A DNA stretch of 64,000 nucleotides from Escherichia phage MX01: the sequence record NC_031934.1; one strand, 5' to 3'. The notes under the pieces are model-generated. The model made no database searches and was not told the DNA's origin. It saw only the letters and a program-made list of their open reading frames with translations. Both the position numbers and the translations under genes were made by a program. Below, piece by piece: positions 60,673 through 64,000 of the stretch (the stretch's first letter is position 1; each line of letters starts with the position of its first letter).

Positions 60673-62757
60673 TTACCCTTGGATGAATTTTTCTGGGATG
60701 TCATAGAGGTCTATGCATGAAGCCAAAAGAGACAGCACATCAACCCGTGTAGATTTAACAAATGAATCAAAAGATACAGGGCTTTCGGAAGTATCGAAAT
60801 CATCTTGATATACGACCAACTCGCCGGTTTCCATTAGTACGTCACCATCATACACCACAGATTCTTGAAGCTCATCTGTTGTCATAACTTCGGCTTGGAT
60901 GAGTTTTGTATTATTAGATGTTGTTCCATCATTATTAGAAGCATCTGTTATTTTATTAACTTTGACCATTAATCCACGTGGTAGAATAACTTCAGCTTCA
61001 GTTGCTATTCCGAGATTTCCTGGATATACAACATTAACTTTATGAGCCCCATCAATCGCCCATCCTATTTGAACTTTAACGTATTCAGGATTTTCTTTAT
61101 ATGCTCTTATTTCATTAGGATTGATAGTTATTCCTTCTTCATTTTTATCGACTGTCAATTCATTGCGAACTTCAGGTTCTAAAAGACCAATACCTGCGTG
61201 GGTAACACCAAAACGTCCGAAAATGATAGGAGTTAATGAAGTAGATACAAAATTTCTAAAATAAAACACTTTATTTTTAACTAGTGCTTCGTATATAGGA
61301 GCAGTCATACTCTGTGCACGATAAACTGTGATGCCTTCTGGTATACGGTCGCCATTTTCAAAAGCAGAATCCAAATTATTAACTGCAGATTCGATATCTT
61401 TTTCACTCATAATCTCATAGTTATGAGGATTGTAACGACCTAAAAGAAGGTTATTTATATCGCCGTATCCAGAGCCACAATATTCTCTGATGCCACGCTT
61501 TTGCGATGGGGTATATTTAGAACCCTCACGAGCAATAGTAATATCAACCATTGAACCACCACCCACACCAGCAAAACTATATACGCGTTTTTTAATGAAT
61601 TTGGTCTTGGCTGCTTTCCACTTGGACTCGGTCAATTCATTCCAGAGGTCATCAGGTTGTCCTTTACGAGTTTTGTTATGCGTAGCCAACCACTCGCCTT
61701 TGTATTCTTCGAAAACGGTATTAATAGCAGAGGCATATTTTTCTAGAGCTTTAACAGATGTCAAAGGTTCGTTTTTGATGGCTGATAGGATTTTCTCTTT
61801 AATTTTCTCTTTGATTTCACCTATACCGTGAAGAGGAAACATTTTATAATCGTAATGCAATTCTTCAGCAGTACCTTCAGCTACTATATTAGCAACCTTA
61901 TTTTTAGCCGCAGGAGAATTGTTATTAGTAACCATTTCCTGGGCCTCAGGGATTAATGGAACTGTTGCCGGTTTATTAAAATCCGCTGCAGTAGCTTCAT
62001 ATTTCTTAAACAATTCACTTTCATTACGATAAGATTCCAATGATTGGCTTGCTGCAATGGCGCGCCTAGAAATCTTAGTCTTGGTTATAACCATTTTATC
62101 AGTGCGACGTTCTTCAACCTTAGCAATACTGCCGGCAATAGCAGTTTCTTTAGTAACCTGCACACCTTCTTTTTTGGAAATATAAACTTCACCGACATCA
62201 GAATCTACCTTAGTATACAATTCAGCATTAATTCCAGGCATACCTTTGATATCTTCGATATCAGCTTGTTTACGGACTACCAGGATGTAAGTATGTTTAC
62301 CGGTAAATTGGTACATAGCCGGAACCACTTTAAAACGTCCACCGGTTTTCTGTGTTACCAAACGTTGGATAATACGTTGAACGATAGGGCCTTGACCTTT
62401 CATTTTCTTGGTAGGAAAACGGAACATCACGGCATCCATACGAAGCTTTTTAACTTGGTCATAAACCACATCAAAAATAGTATTAATCGCATCTACAGGA
62501 GTAGGGCCAAGGCCACCTTTAAGTTCGGCTGGAGTACCTTTAGCTGAAAGGCTCATAAGGATAACGTGGGCATATTTATCACCCATTTTAACTTGTTTAA
62601 TAGCATCACCTTCAGAAGCGTAGGATACCATACGAGCAACTAATTGGGACTCTGCATCGCCAATCTTCCAAATCTGGGGTACTTTAAGTTTTGGGTTCAA
62701 GTTTACTGTAGGCAGAGTGCCTTCGGACTCAAACACTTCATTTAATTGTTCGGTCAT
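60673..62757 (-). CDS. alt: Alt-like ADP-ribosyltransferase paralog 1
   Basis: 694 aa; same N-terminal module (more diverged); ITVYRAQ, FYFRNFVSTSL, EAEVILPRG; AGAGGAA RBS. Confidence 0.8.
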   Translation of the reverse strand: MTEQLNEVFESEGTLPTVNLNPKLKVPQIWKIGDAESQLVARMVSYASEGDAIKQVKMGDKYAHVILMSLSAKGTPAELKGGLGPTPVDAINTIFDVVYDQVKKLRMDAVMFRFPTKKMKGQGPIVQRIIQRLVTQKTGGRFKVVPAMYQFTGKHTYILVVRKQADIEDIKGMPGINAELYTKVDSDVGEVYISKKEGVQVTKETAIAGSIAKVEERRTDKMVITKTKISRRAIAASQSLESYRNESELFKKYEATAADFNKPATVPLIPEAQEMVTNNNSPAAKNKVANIVAEGTAEELHYDYKMFPLHGIGEIKEKIKEKILSAIKNEPLTSVKALEKYASAINTVFEEYKGEWLATHNKTRKGQPDDLWNELTESKWKAAKTKFIKKRVYSFAGVGGGSMVDITIAREGSKYTPSQKRGIREYCGSGYGDINNLLLGRYNPHNYEIMSEKDIESAVNNLDSAFENGDRIPEGITVYRAQSMTAPIYEALVKNKVFYFRNFVSTSLTPIIFGRFGVTHAGIGLLEPEVRNELTVDKNEEGITINPNEIRAYKENPEYVKVQIGWAIDGAHKVNVVYPGNLGIATEAEVILPRGLMVKVNKITDASNNDGTTSNNTKLIQAEVMTTDELQESVVYDGDVLMETGELVVYQDDFDTSESPVSFDSFVKSTRVDVLSLLASCIDLYDIPEKFIQG

Positions 62758-62779
62758 AATAATTCCTCTTTAATAACCT

Positions 62780-62787
62780 TATTTATG
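62780..62787 (-). promoter_or_regulatory. late-promoter-like CATAAATA upstream of the alt array
   Basis: Plus-strand tatttatg = CATAAATA on minus (7 of 8 vs TATAAATA), 23 nt before ATG 62757. Confidence 0.35.
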
Positions 62788-62790
62788 CCA

Positions 62791-62810
62791 GAAAAGGCCC
62801 GAAGGCCTTA
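62791..62810 (-). terminator. intrinsic terminator after the gene 30 operon
   Basis: Minus-strand reading GGCC-UUCG-GGCC followed by UUUUC. Confidence 0.5.
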
Positions 62811-62990
62811 AAGTGGTAGCAACGTACGGTATACTTCAAATTTAGGACCCTTTTCATAGCGGTCGAAATTATCTTTAAAATCAGCGAATGCGATTTCATT
62901 TTCAAATTCAAGGACAATTTGGGACACTGCAGTGGAGACATCCCCACCTTCTTTATATCCAATAACCACGGTTTCTAAATAAGCTTTCAT
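62808..62990 (-). CDS. hypothetical small protein downstream of ligase
   Basis: Track ORF 62808-63032 overlaps the ligase 3' end; ATG 62988-62990 lies 1 nt after the ligase stop; no clear RBS. Confidence 0.35.
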   Translation of the reverse strand: MKAYLETVVIGYKEGGDVSTAVSQIVLEFENEIAFADFKDNFDRYEKGPKFEVYRTLLPL

Positions 62991-62991
62991 A

Positions 62992-64000
62992 TTATAGTCC
63001 AGTTTGAGACCAATCACCAAATACATCTTCAAATGTATCAGCTTCTGTTTTATCGAAACGCCAACCTTTAATGATTGGAAGGAAAATACCTACAGTATCG
63101 GTACGTCCTTTAGAATGAACCCAACCATTACATTCACAGTCAGCAATACGTCCAATCAACTTACCTTCACGAGCTTGTTTCATAAGAAGTTCACGGTCTA
63201 AATCAGGACGGTCTTCCAATGGAATCAATACTTTTTTACCTGATTTATCTTTCTTATGGGTGGTATCTTTAAAGCCTGAACCACAGTCGCTTGTAATTCG
63301 ACGACAACGTGATACCAACTCGACACCACCTAGCTTGTTAGGGTCCTTCGAGTGTTCATAATAACCCACCACTTCTAAAGCAATATCGATTACTTCTTTG
63401 AACTTGATAAGATTCTTAGAACGACGGTTTTCCCAGTAGGAGTCCATGTTCTTAAGGATAATGCCTTCCAGACCCTGGTCGACATATTTCTTATAAACGA
63501 CTTTAGCTTCTTCAAGATTATTAACCCACCGGTTTTCGATAGCTTCAACACGCGTTGTACCATGCAATACGACATTATGAGCAACCATAAGTTCTAAGGC
63601 TGTAAAGCGTACATCATACTTATCGCCTTTAATTTTACCTTCGGAATATACGACATCCAATGGGACATAATCCCATGCCTGTAATACCATACCAGCGGCT
63701 TCAGTAGCCGAAATAGTTCCTTGAAGAGCTTTGTTAGCCAAGCCATTTGACGTAGAACGATTGGCGACAGTTTGGAATTCCTTAGCCTTACTTAATTCAG
63801 GAAGTTCCTCGTCAAACATACTAAACAAATCATTAGATGCTTTAGGTTCTACCTTAGGAGTATGGTAAACTAATTCGCCATCAATCATAACGCCATTAGG
63901 ATGGCGTTGTCGAGCTTCTTCGGTCATGGCCATTAATTCAGCCGCCAAAAGATTAAGCCCTTGATATTCGTTACCACCACGAGTAAGGAATGTCACACCA
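62992..64000 (-). CDS. 30: DNA ligase, C-terminal part (5' end beyond window)
   Basis: ...RGGNEYQGLNLLAAELMAMTEEARQ...GVMIDGELVYH...DQGLEGIILKN...CECNGW...TFEDVFGDW matches recalled T4 DNA ligase C-terminal half. Confidence 0.9.
   Translation of the reverse strand, partial: GVTFLTRGGNEYQGLNLLAAELMAMTEEARQRHPNGVMIDGELVYHTPKVEPKASNDLFSMFDEELPELSKAKEFQTVANRSTSNGLANKALQGTISATEAAGMVLQAWDYVPLDVVYSEGKIKGDKYDVRFTALELMVAHNVVLHGTTRVEAIENRWVNNLEEAKVVYKKYVDQGLEGIILKNMDSYWENRRSKNLIKFKEVIDIALEVVGYYEHSKDPNKLGGVELVSRCRRITSDCGSGFKDTTHKKDKSGKKVLIPLEDRPDLDRELLMKQAREGKLIGRIADCECNGWVHSKGRTDTVGIFLPIIKGWRFDKTEADTFEDVFGDWSQTGL

Larger units (their letters stand above)
56497..62757 (-). repeat. tandem triplication of alt with near-identical 5' segments
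   Basis: 5' coding regions of the three genes are highly similar at DNA level (shadow ORFs 58304-58576 and 60314-60520 mirror each other); 3-nt intergenic spacers. Confidence 0.8.

Noticed and set aside
56497-62757. Possible CRISPR-like repeat array
   Set aside because: The repeats are whole-gene duplications of about 2 kb with coding potential, not short direct repeats with spacers. No CRISPR array seen anywhere in the window.

Overview
This window is a contiguous segment of a T4-like (Tevenvirinae-type) myovirus genome. All calls rest on reading the six-frame translations, recalling T4 protein sequences and gene order, and inspecting motifs by eye; no database search was run. Left to right: (1) a minus-strand accessory region of small novel ORFs (1-8035) containing two tRNAs (Arg-TCT and a CAT-anticodon tRNA), an ORF-free putative stable-RNA region and two internal-protein genes; (2) minus-strand genes 57B-57A-1-3-2-4; (3) the plus-strand late cluster 53-5-5.1-5.4-6-7-8-9-10-11-12-wac-13-(GIY-YIG homing endonuclease)-14-15-16-17-18-19-20-67-68-21-22-23-24; (4) minus-strand rnlB, hoc, inh; plus-strand uvsW and uvsW.1; minus-strand uvsY, 25, 26; plus-strand 51-27-28-29-48-54; (5) three tandem Alt-like ADP-ribosyltransferase paralogs and the 3' part of DNA ligase gene 30 on the minus strand. 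Regulatory signals are dense: TATAAATA late promoters (several divergent pairs), a repeated early-promoter/leader cassette, MotA-type middle promoters, and many intrinsic terminators including three identical copies of one hairpin. The most novel-looking content is a tandem family of four small acidic paralogs with a conserved W-x-S-S-x-x-C carboxy terminus, the triplicated Alt array, two internal-protein genes carrying the MKTYQEFI capsid-targeting leader, and an early gene inserted antisense between genes 23 and 24.
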